DNA from: an uncultured delta proteobacterium
Lineage (GTDB): Bacteria > Desulfobacterota > Syntrophobacteria > BM002
Direction of reading: 5' to 3'
Assembly (NCBI GenBank): GCA_963712115.1
Contig: CAVQGX010000042.1
Span: 1 to 64,000 of the forward strand
Length of the DNA stretch: 64,000 bases
In this document: positions 27,099 to 38,113 of the stretch, piece by piece
How the letters are laid out: every line of letters starts with the position of its first letter
Numbering within the stretch: the stretch's first letter is position 1
Position numbers and translations under genes: made by a program
Notes under the pieces: model-generated
What the model was told of the DNA's origin: nothing
What the model saw: only the letters and a program-made list of their open reading frames with translations
Database searches by the model: none

Positions 27099-27461
27099 AT
27101 GCTAAACACCTACAGAGTTATTACATTGAGCCTGGTAACAGCACTGTTCTTTGCGGCGCCTTTACTTTGTGTTCAGCCTATTTCTTTCCAGATCAAAAAA
27201 GCACAGCACATTCAGAACAAAAGGGTCAGAGTTGTTTCCCAAAAGGCTACGCAGAACCCCCATATCAATACCAGGAATGTCTCGGCGGCCTGGGCGAGGT
27301 CTATTCACAGAACCGGGTATAAGACTTTTCACCTGGAGGATCCCGTGTCCACCAGGGGCGGAGACGAAAGCTTGGATGAGAATGACCGAAGCGATTGGGA
27401 TGCTGCCGGAGAAGATGGCGGAATAGGTACCATAGGAACGGTATCCCCTTCGGACCTGTAA
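27099..27461 (+). CDS. Hypothetical protein with N-terminal hydrophobic segment
   Basis: GGGGGAG RBS; first ORF ahead of the pilin operon. Confidence 0.5.
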   Translation: MLNTYRVITLSLVTALFFAAPLLCVQPISFQIKKAQHIQNKRVRVVSQKATQNPHINTRNVSAAWARSIHRTGYKTFHLEDPVSTRGGDESLDENDRSDWDAAGEDGGIGTIGTVSPSDL

Positions 27462-27535
27462 ATTACCAAGGTTTGTGCTCAGAACATCGGTTCTGAGACT
27501 GGATGAGGAATCACTAATACATAAAGGAAGCAGTC

Positions 27536-28111
27536 ATGTGTTGGAGAAAAGGTTTTAGTACGAGACATCTTTCCGATCATCAGGGCTTCAGTGTAATCGA
27601 GCTTGCAGTGGTGGTGGGCATCGTTGTTGCTTTAGCCGTTCTTTCCGCACCAGTTATGAGCGGTTATAGCCCCTCTTACAATTCGAAAAAGGCGGCTCGC
27701 CAGATTGTCTCGCAGATGCAACTTGCCCGGATCCACGCCATTAAAAACAGAGTCAACACTGTGGTGGTATTTTATCCGGAAAGTTTCATCCCTGCAGAGC
27801 AGGCGAACTCTTTTTTAATCTATGAAGACACTGACAGCGACTGGATTCAGGACTCCGGTGAGCATGTCATAGTGCAGCGGATCTACATGCCGCCGAAAGT
27901 GCAGCTTATTTCGGCGACATTCACCTCAAATGGTTCTGGAGAGGCCACACAAACATTTTCCTGCGGCTTCGACTCCCAGGGTTTAGCTGCAAGACAGTCA
28001 GGCAGTGTAGTTTATGTAACTGGAGACGTCCAACTGAAAAACAGCAAGAACCAGACGAGAACCATAAGCTTTAACCCATTCGGAAAGACCAAGATATCCA
28101 TGGGGAGTTAG
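27536..28111 (+). CDS. fimT: Minor pilin, FimT/FimU-like
   Basis: QG|FSVIELAVVV...QLARIHAI; GspH-like C-terminus. Confidence 0.8.
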   Translation: MCWRKGFSTRHLSDHQGFSVIELAVVVGIVVALAVLSAPVMSGYSPSYNSKKAARQIVSQMQLARIHAIKNRVNTVVVFYPESFIPAEQANSFLIYEDTDSDWIQDSGEHVIVQRIYMPPKVQLISATFTSNGSGEATQTFSCGFDSQGLAARQSGSVVYVTGDVQLKNSKNQTRTISFNPFGKTKISMGS

Positions 28112-28114
28112 ATT

Positions 28115-28723
28115 ATGTGGAGATCACATCGCTCAACAAATGAAAGCCAGCGGATTAAGTTTCGAGAAAAAGGCTCCCAGGAGGGATTCAGCCTGGTGGA
28201 AGTATTGGTGGCAATCCTTCTTCTCACCGTAGGCCTCCTGGCTCTGGCCAAGATGCAAACCCAGGCGGTGGCAAGCAACTCCTTTGGCAACCAGTTGACC
28301 CAGGCAACCTTCTTGGCCCAGGACAAGCTGGAAGAGCTCCGGCTGTTGAACGAGTGTTTTCTGGAAGTGTCAGCCAGGCCTCAGATCAGCTGGACAACTG
28401 AGGACCAGGATGTTGTCGACAACTACAACAGTCAGCTGAGCGACGCAGTGGATAACTGGGTCGAAACCGATGGCCCCGACCCTGATAGCATCCCAGATCA
28501 ATTCGGTTGGCAGCCGGACTCGCCGGACCATATAAACAGTGACAGCCCTGGAGGCGCAGCCAACCCCATTGATGTCACCGGCGCCACAGTCTCCAATGGT
28601 GGCTACACCAGAACCTGGTACGTGGTGGATGACAGGCCGACAACCAAAGCCAAGACCGTGCGGGTGCGGGTTACTTGGGGAAATGGCCGCGAGGTATTTC
28701 TAGACACCGTGCTGTCGCAGTGA
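28115..28723 (+). CDS. pilV: Type IV pilus modification protein PilV
   Basis: EG|FSLVEVLVAILLLTVGLLALAKMQ. Confidence 0.82.
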   Translation: MWRSHRSTNESQRIKFREKGSQEGFSLVEVLVAILLLTVGLLALAKMQTQAVASNSFGNQLTQATFLAQDKLEELRLLNECFLEVSARPQISWTTEDQDVVDNYNSQLSDAVDNWVETDGPDPDSIPDQFGWQPDSPDHINSDSPGGAANPIDVTGATVSNGGYTRTWYVVDDRPTTKAKTVRVRVTWGNGREVFLDTVLSQ

Positions 28724-28729
28724 TGGAGG

Positions 28730-29518
28730 TTGCTAATGAAGCGAGGACTCAGGCGAAAATCAGTGGAAAGAAGTCTCTCAAAGCAGAGTACGCCAACCTG
28801 GAATAGCTTTCTCCGCTGTCAGGGATTTACCCTGGTGGAACTGCTCGTGGTTTTGGCCATAGTCAGCATTGTCATGGGAGGGATCTATTCGGTTTTTGTT
28901 CGCTCCAATAGGGTCTACATCTCCCAGGAAGAAGTGGTGGCCGCCCAGCAGGAGGCGCGCTCAGCCCTTGATATTTTAGGCAGAGAAATAAGAATGGCAG
29001 GATTTATTGCAGCCAATAATAAGACAGGTGGACTGGATCCCATTTTTGCTCCCGCCTGGGCCGGCAGTGGTGATTCCGCCATTGAAAGTGCTGTTGTGGA
29101 CGATACCAATAAGACCACCATCTTGGCATTCAAATCAAATCTGGACGGCATTGACACCGATCTGGACGGCAATGACGACACCGAAGCGGTGCGTTACGTT
29201 TACTACCATAGTGACCACGCTGATTCCACTCGGCAAAACACCCTGACACGAGAAGTTAAGCTCTGGAATGGCGGCTGGAGTGATCTTAGTGGAGGTGAGC
29301 AGCTATTTCTCGAGAACATTCAGGATCTCACCCTCACTTATCAAATGGCTGACGGCACCACCAGTGTTAATCCCACCGACCTTGAGGAGATCCGGGGGGT
29401 GGTCATAAGCATTACGGCACAGACTAGTATTGCCGTCGAGCCCTTTGAAGGTGGCAAGGATATTCGGACCCGACAGCTCATTTCTAACATCCAGATTCGC
29501 AACCTGGGTCTTTCCTAA
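28730..29518 (+). CDS. pilW: Minor pilin PilW
   Basis: QG|FTLVELLVV...REIRMAG...IQIRN. Confidence 0.82.
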   Translation: MLMKRGLRRKSVERSLSKQSTPTWNSFLRCQGFTLVELLVVLAIVSIVMGGIYSVFVRSNRVYISQEEVVAAQQEARSALDILGREIRMAGFIAANNKTGGLDPIFAPAWAGSGDSAIESAVVDDTNKTTILAFKSNLDGIDTDLDGNDDTEAVRYVYYHSDHADSTRQNTLTREVKLWNGGWSDLSGGEQLFLENIQDLTLTYQMADGTTSVNPTDLEEIRGVVISITAQTSIAVEPFEGGKDIRTRQLISNIQIRNLGLS

Positions 29519-29536
29519 GCAGGAGAGGAGTAGCAG

Positions 29537-30196
29537 GTGAAAGCCAAAGAGATGTTCGCAAGGATAAAACGGTTCGGCTTCAGAAGGTTTCTGGGTCGGT
29601 TAATTGGCAGCGATCGAGGCGTGGCCCTTGTTTTCGCCCTGGTGCTCCTGCTCGTGGTCAGCATCATCGGCAGCTCTGCCACCTTGACCTCCCAAATAGA
29701 CCTAAAGTTGAGCGGCAATACCAAGGTGATCCGAACCTCCTTTTACGTAGCGGACGGGGGCATCATGTTGAGTCCAAAGGTCATCAGCCAAATCATCACT
29801 GACCGGGACCTGCCTACATCTGCACAGACACCACTTATCACCTATGATGACTATGTCAAGGTTGGCGAGGATCCTCTCCTGTTAAAAAAGATCATGGGTT
29901 TCGCCATGGATAGCGATTATCAAGATGAGGACCTCAATGCCACTGACATCTCTATGGATAAGGGAACCCAGGGGAGTATGGCTGTGGATCTCACCCGGGT
30001 GGCCACCCGGTACCTTTCCGGGGGTGGAGTTGAGTTCGCCTCGGGAACCGAAGGCGTGGGGGTCGGTGGTGCCGCCAGTGCTGCTATCATCTATAGACTC
30101 GACAGCAGGGGCACCGTGGGCACAGCACCCAGAACCACCTCATCCAACATAGTGGCACTTTACCGCAAAGTGGCGGGTGTGGCTGGAGGAAGGTAA
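29537..30196 (+). CDS. pilX: Minor pilin PilX
   Basis: RG|VALVFALVLLL (no E5)...SGN...FYVADGG. Confidence 0.8.
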   Translation: MKAKEMFARIKRFGFRRFLGRLIGSDRGVALVFALVLLLVVSIIGSSATLTSQIDLKLSGNTKVIRTSFYVADGGIMLSPKVISQIITDRDLPTSAQTPLITYDDYVKVGEDPLLLKKIMGFAMDSDYQDEDLNATDISMDKGTQGSMAVDLTRVATRYLSGGGVEFASGTEGVGVGGAASAAIIYRLDSRGTVGTAPRTTSSNIVALYRKVAGVAGGR

Positions 30197-30198
30197 CC

Positions 30199-33100
30199 AT
30201 GAAGCATCTAAAGAAATATGCAATCACCCTGTTGATTCTGGCGCTGGCTCTTCTGGGGGCAACTGGAGCTGAAGGGACAAACACCATGGCCCCCTACCTG
30301 TCGACACCCATCTTCATGGCCAATGCCGTTCCTCCCAACGTTTTGATTATTTTTGATAATTCGGGGAGCATGAACGCCATGGCCTACTGGGAGGAGGAGG
30401 TCGATCACGACGACCTTACTCCGGGAGAATACGACATCATACCCAGTTCGCCCTACGACCCCACCAAGGACTACTACGGCTACTTTGTTGCCGGCACCAT
30501 GGGAAACAGGGTCATGTACACCTACTCCAGTAGCAAGTTCTCCAGGGACCCCAGCGGTCAGTGGGAGGGAAACTTTCTCAACTGGCTCACCATGCGGCGG
30601 GTAGACATCGCTCGCAAAGTCCTGGTGGGCGGCCTGGCCACCTCACGTACCGGGGGCGGTAACACCACCCTCATCGGCGAGGACCCGACACAGTCGAGCC
30701 GTTACTACAAGGTTGAACTGGATGCCGCCACTCTCGAGGACTACACTCCCCACGACGATGGCGACGACCTTTATGTGGGGCTAAAAGACGGCTACCTCTA
30801 TGTGAGTAAGGACCTCAATGAGAGTCCTTTCGACAAGTTTGATTACAAGTACACTGTCAAGGTCGAACGGGATTCCTCTTATGCAGACGAGGCCTTTGAC
30901 TTTCACGACGGCAACATTGCCGGGGTCATGCAGAAGGTGGGAGACAAAGCCTATTGGGGGCTGGAGTTCTTCCGCAACGGCACCGGCAGTGGGGATAACG
31001 GTGGTTACATCAAGAATCGCGTGGGCCATCCAACCATCACCAGTCTCTATACCAACATAGAAAATGAGGGCATGAAAAACTGGACGCCTCTGTCGGAAAG
31101 TCTTTATGTGGCTATGCAGTATTTCAAACAGGAGCCCATAGATCCGAGCTTGGCATCCCTGTACAACCCCGGCTACCAGATCAACTCCACCTGGGATCCT
31201 TACAACCAGGACGGGGAATCTGCTCACTGTGCCAAGAGCTTTGTCTTGCTCTTCACTGACGGCTCCTCCACTAAAGATTTGAGTATTCCGAACGCCTACA
31301 AAACCTATGACGGTGATCCCAATGATCCCAACACTCAGTCACCTTCTTATTCAGACGATGGTTCCGACTATCTGGACGACCTCGCCCTCTACGCCAGGAC
31401 CAATGATTTGAGAACTGACCTGGAGGATGATCAGAACATCGAACTCTTCGTGGTCTATGCCTTCGGCGATGATCCGGCGGCCAGGCGCTTGTTGAAAGAC
31501 GCCAGCAGAAACGGCGGTTTCATTGACAAGAACGGTAACAACCGGCCCGATCCTGCAGCTGGATTTATGGTGCAAACAGCGAACTACAGCACCCCTGACA
31601 CCGATGGCAACTGGTCCGAGTGGTGGGAAGACAAGAGAACCAGTGAGGATGGTTCAGCCCTGCCGGATACCTATTTCGAGGCCAAGGACGGCTGGAAGCT
31701 CGAACTGGAGCTGATCAATGCCATCACCAAGATCCTGGAGCGGGCCAACTCAGGTACTGCGGTCTCGGTACTTGCTACCTCGGGCGAGGGTGAAGGTTCC
31801 CTGTACCAGGCCTTCTTTAAGCCCAAGTTCTCAACGGCAACTGAAGAGGTTCACTGGACCGGATACCTGCAGGGGCTCTGGGTGGATGCCCACGGGAACC
31901 TGCGGGAAGACGTGGGCACTGCCGGTGTTCTTGAACTGGATACTGACCCGATTGTCGAGTTTGTCTATGACGACACCGAGGGAGCGACCAAATTCAAGCG
32001 CCACCTAGTGTCGGCGGCTCATCCATACGGCACGACAAATCCCCCTACCCTGCACCCGCTGCTGGAACTCAACCCGCTGTGGGAGGCAGGTTCTCAATTG
32101 GCGAGCCGCAGTGCCTCCAGCCGGGTTATCCATACCTTCGCGGACTCGAACGGTTTCATACCCTTCACCGAAGCCAATGAAGGCGAGCTCAAACCCTACC
32201 TGGATCTGGCCGACGATGAGGCTACTGGGTTATACAACTACCTGGGTCCTGACGAAGACAAGCGGGTGACCAACCTTATCAGGTACATCCGCGGGCTTGA
32301 TTCAGCTACAGACTTCGTAGACACAACTAACACCAGAAACCGCACCCTGGACGGCAAGGTGTGGAAGCTGGGCGACATAGTCCATTCCACCCCCACTCCG
32401 GTGGGACGCCCGGCGGACAACTACGATATCATCTATGGAGATGACACCTATGCGGCTTATTACAGGCTCCACAAGAACAGGGAAATCGCAGTCTACACCG
32501 GGGCCAACGACGGTATGCTCCATGCCTTCCTGGCGGGCGTTTTCGAGCCGGGAGCCAGCCTGACAGGCAATGGTGCCAAATTTACCGTGGACAACACCAA
32601 ATACTCAGGCCTAGATGCGGGCGACGAGATCTGGGCCTACATCCCCCAGAATCTTCTTCCGCACCTCAAATGGCTGGCAGATCCAAATTACATTGAGGGC
32701 ACCCACGTCTACTACGTGGACCTAAAGCCAAGGATCTTCGACGTCAGGCTGTACGAGGGTGCTGACGTCGGTGGCCCTCTCAATACTTTGTGGACAACGA
32801 CTATGACCGCCGAACAAAGGGCCGAAAGACCCAATGGTTGGTGCACCCTCCTTGTGGGCGGTATGCGTTTTGGTGGGGGCAGCATCACCGTATCTGGTGA
32901 TTGGGACTATGCCGGTCCTAATGGGAACACTAATAGGACTTTTAGCAGCACTTACTTCGCCATAGACATCACCGACCCCAAGGAACCCGTGTTCCTGTGG
33001 GAGAAAACCTACACCGGGTTGGGGTTTACCACCTCCTTTCCTGCTGTATTCAAGGTGGACGACAAGCAAATTATCGGCACAGAGCCCAACGAATCAGTGC

Positions 33101-34215
33101 AGGTGGACGGCCGGCACTGGTACCTTTTCTTTGGCTCCGGGCCCACCACCTATGAGGGCACCAGCACTCAGAACGGCAGGATCTTTCTGGTGGATCTGGC
33201 CACCGGAGATCCGGCACGGGTCTTTACCGAGTCCACTCACCCAACAAAAGGCACCACGGCCTCGCTGCCTCCTGCCGGTTTCATGGGCTCGCCGGTTACT
33301 GTCGATCTCAGCGTGGACTATTCGGTCAATGTGGCCTACATCGGTGAGAGCGATGATGACGGCGGAGCCTTATATCGACTCCAGGTTCCCGCCGCTCTCG
33401 ACTATGTCAACGACCAACCTGTTTTACTTTATACGGTCACCCCTAGTACCTGGGTCCTGAGCCAAATGCTAAAAACTGAACATCCAGTCACTGCTGCCCC
33501 TGCAGCGGCGGTGGGCACGGATGATTCTGGCAGCAGTCTCTGGATTTACTTCGGCACCGGACGCTACCTGTCCAATGGGGACAAGACTAACACCGATCCG
33601 CAATACCTTGTTGGCCTGAAAGATCCTTACTACAATGGACTGCTCTTGGATGCTCAGCGGGACGCTATCCTTGACTTGGAACCCCTCGCTGTCGCTCCTG
33701 TTGATAGCGACAGTAACAATCTCTTTTTCGATACCACGGGGGTGAGGATTTATACGGACGGCTCTACTTCAATAGCCGGTACTACTTTTGGCGATCTGAA
33801 AATAGAGCAGTCCTATGATGAGCGCTATGCGTGCGGCTGGTACAAGGAACTGGAGAGCGGCGAGCGGATCATTAACAAGCCTTCGGTTCTGGGCGGCATT
33901 CTCTTGGCGCCTTCCTTCGTGCCGAATCAAGACGTCTGTGGTTTCGGTGGCAGCAGCTATCTCCATGCCCTCTACTTTGAAACCGGTACCGCCTTTTACA
34001 AGAGCGTGGTGGGGCTGGATGATGCAGACCCAGGCAGAGTTCTGGACAGGATCAATCTGGGTTTGGGTATTTCTTCAAGTCTTGGTATCCATGTAGGCCG
34101 TGAGGGCGGCGCCAGGGGCTTCATCCAGCAATCCACCGGCACCATTGCTCAAATTAACCTGAACCCGGCTTTTAGTATCAAGAGCGGCTTCGTGAACTGG
34201 CGCGAAGTCAGATAA
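30199..34215 (+). CDS. pilY1: PilY1/PilC-family pilus tip adhesin
   Basis: PNVLIIFDNSGSM (vWA-like); LGDIVHSTP; GANDGMLHAF; YFGTGRY; C-terminal WRE. Confidence 0.9.
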   Translation: MKHLKKYAITLLILALALLGATGAEGTNTMAPYLSTPIFMANAVPPNVLIIFDNSGSMNAMAYWEEEVDHDDLTPGEYDIIPSSPYDPTKDYYGYFVAGTMGNRVMYTYSSSKFSRDPSGQWEGNFLNWLTMRRVDIARKVLVGGLATSRTGGGNTTLIGEDPTQSSRYYKVELDAATLEDYTPHDDGDDLYVGLKDGYLYVSKDLNESPFDKFDYKYTVKVERDSSYADEAFDFHDGNIAGVMQKVGDKAYWGLEFFRNGTGSGDNGGYIKNRVGHPTITSLYTNIENEGMKNWTPLSESLYVAMQYFKQEPIDPSLASLYNPGYQINSTWDPYNQDGESAHCAKSFVLLFTDGSSTKDLSIPNAYKTYDGDPNDPNTQSPSYSDDGSDYLDDLALYARTNDLRTDLEDDQNIELFVVYAFGDDPAARRLLKDASRNGGFIDKNGNNRPDPAAGFMVQTANYSTPDTDGNWSEWWEDKRTSEDGSALPDTYFEAKDGWKLELELINAITKILERANSGTAVSVLATSGEGEGSLYQAFFKPKFSTATEEVHWTGYLQGLWVDAHGNLREDVGTAGVLELDTDPIVEFVYDDTEGATKFKRHLVSAAHPYGTTNPPTLHPLLELNPLWEAGSQLASRSASSRVIHTFADSNGFIPFTEANEGELKPYLDLADDEATGLYNYLGPDEDKRVTNLIRYIRGLDSATDFVDTTNTRNRTLDGKVWKLGDIVHSTPTPVGRPADNYDIIYGDDTYAAYYRLHKNREIAVYTGANDGMLHAFLAGVFEPGASLTGNGAKFTVDNTKYSGLDAGDEIWAYIPQNLLPHLKWLADPNYIEGTHVYYVDLKPRIFDVRLYEGADVGGPLNTLWTTTMTAEQRAERPNGWCTLLVGGMRFGGGSITVSGDWDYAGPNGNTNRTFSSTYFAIDITDPKEPVFLWEKTYTGLGFTTSFPAVFKVDDKQIIGTEPNESVQVDGRHWYLFFGSGPTTYEGTSTQNGRIFLVDLATGDPARVFTESTHPTKGTTASLPPAGFMGSPVTVDLSVDYSVNVAYIGESDDDGGALYRLQVPAALDYVNDQPVLLYTVTPSTWVLSQMLKTEHPVTAAPAAAVGTDDSGSSLWIYFGTGRYLSNGDKTNTDPQYLVGLKDPYYNGLLLDAQRDAILDLEPLAVAPVDSDSNNLFFDTTGVRIYTDGSTSIAGTTFGDLKIEQSYDERYACGWYKELESGERIINKPSVLGGILLAPSFVPNQDVCGFGGSSYLHALYFETGTAFYKSVVGLDDADPGRVLDRINLGLGISSSLGIHVGREGGARGFIQQSTGTIAQINLNPAFSIKSGFVNWREVR

Positions 34216-34227
34216 GGGGGAGATTTC

Positions 34228-34605
34228 ATGTCAACACGTAAGATCTGCTTAGTTCTCGCTCTGAGTCTGCTGCTCGCAGCAGGTCAGGTGATGATTGGCT
34301 TGGCTGGGCAAGACAACCCTGGCAAACAGGCAAAGTTGGTTTCCACCGAGACCCTGCGGATAATGGACAAAGGGGTTGACTGTATCTACGTCGGCGAGCA
34401 ACCCCTGTACGTATTACCGGAAATTACCAAAATAACCAACAAATATGGCACCACTACTAGCCTGGACAGGCTGCGCATCCCCTGCCTGGCCGAGGTTACC
34501 TACACCAGGTGGATGAAGGGGGTAGACAAGCTGCCGGTGGTGGTTGAGTTGAAAGTAAAAAGAGAGTACCGCAATGCCACCGCCACCAGTTCCAGGGAAA
34601 TGTAA
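34228..34605 (+). CDS. Exported hypothetical protein
   Basis: GGGGGAG RBS; signal peptide; cotranscribed with pilY1. Confidence 0.7.
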   Translation: MSTRKICLVLALSLLLAAGQVMIGLAGQDNPGKQAKLVSTETLRIMDKGVDCIYVGEQPLYVLPEITKITNKYGTTTSLDRLRIPCLAEVTYTRWMKGVDKLPVVVELKVKREYRNATATSSREM

Positions 34606-34700
34606 AGTAAGCCAGAAAGGAGGATGTCAAAAAAAGTAAGTAAAGGATGCATCCAACAAAGATGCCATCTTATCCAGAGATCTAAAGGGGGAGGGGCGCC

Positions 34701-36728
34701 ATGAAAATGAAATTTTACCAGAGGATATTGATCCTACCGGTCCTAGTACTGCTGTGGAGCGCACTGGTTCCGTGTCTTGCCAGCGGTCAAGATTCCTTTG
34801 TCATCTCTGAAACCAGATTGACCAACAGTGAGGCTGAGTCAGCAGGGGACGAATTCGGCTACGGGGTGGCCATTGATGGTAGCACGCTAGTGGTCGGGGC
34901 TCCTTGGGCCGATGACGGGGCGAGCAATTCAGGTTCCGCCCACCTGTTCAGGCATACCGATGGTAATAACTTCCCGCAGACCAAACTCACTGAGAGTGAT
35001 GACCCTCAGACAGATGACCGTTTCGGCAATTCCGTGGATATCAGTGGTGACGCTCTAGTCATTGGAGCTTATTTAGACGATATTAATGCAAGAAATGCGG
35101 GCTCGGCCTTTGTATGGACTATTAACGAGCAAATTCGGCTAACTGGTGACTCCGAAGCAGGAAACGAATTCGGCTATGCAGTGGCCATAAGTGGCGATGT
35201 GGTGGTGGTCGGAGCCCATAAAGACGATGATAAGGGCCGTTATTCAGGCTCCGTCTATGTTTTCAGAAATAATGGATCCACCTGGATTCAAGAGGCTAAA
35301 CTCTTGGCCGGCGATGCTCTGGGAGGAGAAAAATTCGGCTCCTCCGTAGCCATTGACGGTGATACCATTGTAGTTGGGGCTATTTATGGTGGCGAGGGAG
35401 ATTCAAAATCAGGCTCTGTCTATGTGTTTAAGTACAACGGTTCTGACTGGGAAGAAGAGGCTGAACTTTTTGTAGAGCCCCGGGGGGATAGTGATAAGTT
35501 CGGCTATTCAGTGGCTATCGAGGGTGACACCATTATCGTTGGGGCACCCTATCACAGTTACGGGGAGGACGTTTCGGGCGCAGCTTATGTGTTTCGTCAT
35601 AGTGACGCAACCTGGATAGAAGAAGCCAAGCTCACCGATTCTGGTCTTTCCGAAGATGCCCGTTTTGGCAACAGCGTAGCCCTAAGCGGAAACACTGTGG
35701 TGGTTGGAGCTTATAAAGCTGACGCTTTAGACGTGGACAACAATCTCCTGCTAGATGTCGGCTCGGTCTATGTGTTTAGGTTTGACGGGTCTGGTTGGCC
35801 GGAAAAGGCCATACTAACCCCCTCTGATGCTGCGGCAGGAGATGAGTTCGGCTATGGAGTGGCCATAAGCGGCGACATTGTGGTGGTGGGGGCCCATAAA
35901 GATGACGGTTTGGACGTGGACGACAATGTCATGCTAGATGCAGGCTCTGCCTATATTTTCACCCTAGTTCCTGAGAATCATCCTCCTGTGGCCGATGCCG
36001 GGGAGAACCTGGAGGTCGAAGAAGGTTCTCCGGTCACTTTGGACGGATCTGACAGTTATGACCTCGATGGTGATGACCTGAGATACTCATGGACGCAGAC
36101 TGATGGGCCAGATGTTGACCTCGGCACTGCAAATGAAGCAACGCTAACCTTCACGGCACCTCCCTGGTCGGCCGGAAATGAGCACCTCACATTTCAGCTT
36201 GAGGTCAAAGATGATAGTGAAGCTGCTAGCACCGATGAGGTTAAGATCACCGTCTTGCAAAGCACAAACAGTATTACGGAGATCAACTCTGTTTTAGGTT
36301 CTGAGCATGGCCCATGGGGTATTGACAAGGACATATACACCTTCCATGGCACAGAAGGGAAGCAGGTGACTGTCACCCTCAAGGCTAAATCGGCTGGGAA
36401 GAACAATCACGGCGACCGCGCAACTCTGAAACTGAAGGATAATATAAGGGGTGTCAGTTTTTACAGGATAGACTCCGGTAGACTGCCAAACCAAATATCT
36501 GCGACCTTGCCTGCAACTGGTGAATACCAAGTCATTGTCGCTGGACAACCCAGGTTTTTCAGAGGCAAAAGGTTCTTGGGCGAATATACTATTACCCTGG
36601 AAGGCAATTCGGCAAGTCTGGAGAAAGGTGCAGGTTCTTCTGCTGCTCATAATAAGCCGGGGTGCTCTACCAAACCCGACAAGCAGCACCCTATCTGGAG
36701 CTGGATTTTAAGTCGTTTCAAACACTGA
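34701..36728 (+). CDS. Secreted FG-GAP (integrin-like) repeat protein with PKD/Ig-like and PPC-like domains
   Basis: Seven FGxSVAIxGDxxVVGA repeats; PVADAG...LDGSDSYD. Confidence 0.88.
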   Translation: MKMKFYQRILILPVLVLLWSALVPCLASGQDSFVISETRLTNSEAESAGDEFGYGVAIDGSTLVVGAPWADDGASNSGSAHLFRHTDGNNFPQTKLTESDDPQTDDRFGNSVDISGDALVIGAYLDDINARNAGSAFVWTINEQIRLTGDSEAGNEFGYAVAISGDVVVVGAHKDDDKGRYSGSVYVFRNNGSTWIQEAKLLAGDALGGEKFGSSVAIDGDTIVVGAIYGGEGDSKSGSVYVFKYNGSDWEEEAELFVEPRGDSDKFGYSVAIEGDTIIVGAPYHSYGEDVSGAAYVFRHSDATWIEEAKLTDSGLSEDARFGNSVALSGNTVVVGAYKADALDVDNNLLLDVGSVYVFRFDGSGWPEKAILTPSDAAAGDEFGYGVAISGDIVVVGAHKDDGLDVDDNVMLDAGSAYIFTLVPENHPPVADAGENLEVEEGSPVTLDGSDSYDLDGDDLRYSWTQTDGPDVDLGTANEATLTFTAPPWSAGNEHLTFQLEVKDDSEAASTDEVKITVLQSTNSITEINSVLGSEHGPWGIDKDIYTFHGTEGKQVTVTLKAKSAGKNNHGDRATLKLKDNIRGVSFYRIDSGRLPNQISATLPATGEYQVIVAGQPRFFRGKRFLGEYTITLEGNSASLEKGAGSSAAHNKPGCSTKPDKQHPIWSWILSRFKH

Positions 36729-36771
36729 GCAAAGGGTTATCACTGCCAAACTATAATTATAAGGTGGCACG

Positions 36772-36802
36772 AGGCAGAGTCGGTAGCGACTCTGCCTTTT
36801 TA
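36772..36802 (+). terminator. Intrinsic terminator
   Basis: AGGCAGAGTCG-GTAG-CGACTCTGCCT-TTTT. Confidence 0.8.
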
Positions 36803-37132
36803 TTGCTTGCTTCGATTCGCTTTTATTGGTAGAGTGCCTCCAAATTATTGAGAGCTCTGAATCTGTTAAATTTTTAATATCAATAGAAAATATTCTAAAA
36901 AAAGTTGTGTTCCAGGGGCAGGATTGCTATAGTAGCAAAAATTCCATACCTACCTGGTAAAACTGTAGCTTTTTCGCAACACTAATAGGTTAAATTCTGC
37001 TCAAGGCAGGGTTAATGCTACCATGAAGTGGCGCCGATTTGGACTGATTCTTTTCCAATTTTTGTTTATATTTCAAGTGGTTGACATCATTAGTACAATT
37101 TATCTGGCTATTCTAGCAAAATCCCCTCACCA

Positions 37133-37149
37133 TAGGCATGCTTATTGCT
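37133..37149 (+). promoter_or_regulatory. sigma54 promoter upstream of lpxC
   Basis: TAGGCATGCTTATTGCT. Confidence 0.55.
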
Positions 37150-37183
37150 CTAAAGTTACCTCCATTCTTCAGGAGACCAGTTA

Positions 37184-38113
37184 ATGCCCCTGCACCAGCG
37201 TACTGTTCAAGGCGAAATCGGCTGTACTGGAATCGGCCTGCACACGGGGAAAAAAGTCGCCATAACCATCAAGCCACTGCCGCCCAACAGCGGCATACGC
37301 TTCTGCCGCAGTGATCTTGTGGACTCCCCTTATATTACCGCCCGTCTCGAGAATGTGGTGGACACCAGGCTGGCAACTACTATTGGCCGCAACGGGCATA
37401 TTGTTTCCACGGTTGAACACCTCATGTCTGCCTTTGCTGGCATGGGAATCGACAATGCCCTGGTTGAATTGGACGGCCCGGAAATCCCCATCATGGACGG
37501 CAGCGCCGGGCCTTTTATGTATCTCTTAAGAAACGTTGGGATCAGACTGCAAGATGAGGTTAAGAAGTTTTTCTTAATCAAAAAACCTTTCAGCCTCAAG
37601 AGTGGAGATAAGAATATCAGCGTGTATCCATGCCGCGAATTAAAGATTACCTATATTATTGACTTCGATCACCCCTTACTTTCAGAGCAGACTTACGTTT
37701 TGCGCTTCTCTGGTCCTACCTTTATGAAAGAGATCAGCCGAGCTCGCACTTTTGGTTTCCTCAAAGATGTTGAGACCTTGAAAAACAACGGTTTCGCCCA
37801 AGGGGGCTCGTTGAATAACGCCATTGTCTTGGACGATTTTCGGGTTCTCAACTCGGACGGCCTTCGTTACAGAGACGAGTTTGTCCGCCACAAAATACTT
37901 GACCTCATCGGCGACCTTCACCTTTTGGGTATGCCCATTATTGGACACTTCGTCATTAATAAATCTGGACACACCCTTAATCACATCTTTCTCACAGAGC
38001 TTCGCAAGAGGAAAAAATGTTGGAAAACGGCCAAATTTCTTGATGAACATGCCCGCGAGGACCGAAAGATTTTGGTTCCCACTTTCGACTTTCCTCAGCC
38101 CGCCACAGTCTGA
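37184..38113 (+). CDS. lpxC: UDP-3-O-acyl-N-acetylglucosamine deacetylase
   Basis: GIGLHTG; TVEHLMSA; PIMDGSA; HKILDLIGDL; SGHTLN. Confidence 0.97.
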   Translation: MPLHQRTVQGEIGCTGIGLHTGKKVAITIKPLPPNSGIRFCRSDLVDSPYITARLENVVDTRLATTIGRNGHIVSTVEHLMSAFAGMGIDNALVELDGPEIPIMDGSAGPFMYLLRNVGIRLQDEVKKFFLIKKPFSLKSGDKNISVYPCRELKITYIIDFDHPLLSEQTYVLRFSGPTFMKEISRARTFGFLKDVETLKNNGFAQGGSLNNAIVLDDFRVLNSDGLRYRDEFVRHKILDLIGDLHLLGMPIIGHFVINKSGHTLNHIFLTELRKRKKCWKTAKFLDEHAREDRKILVPTFDFPQPATV

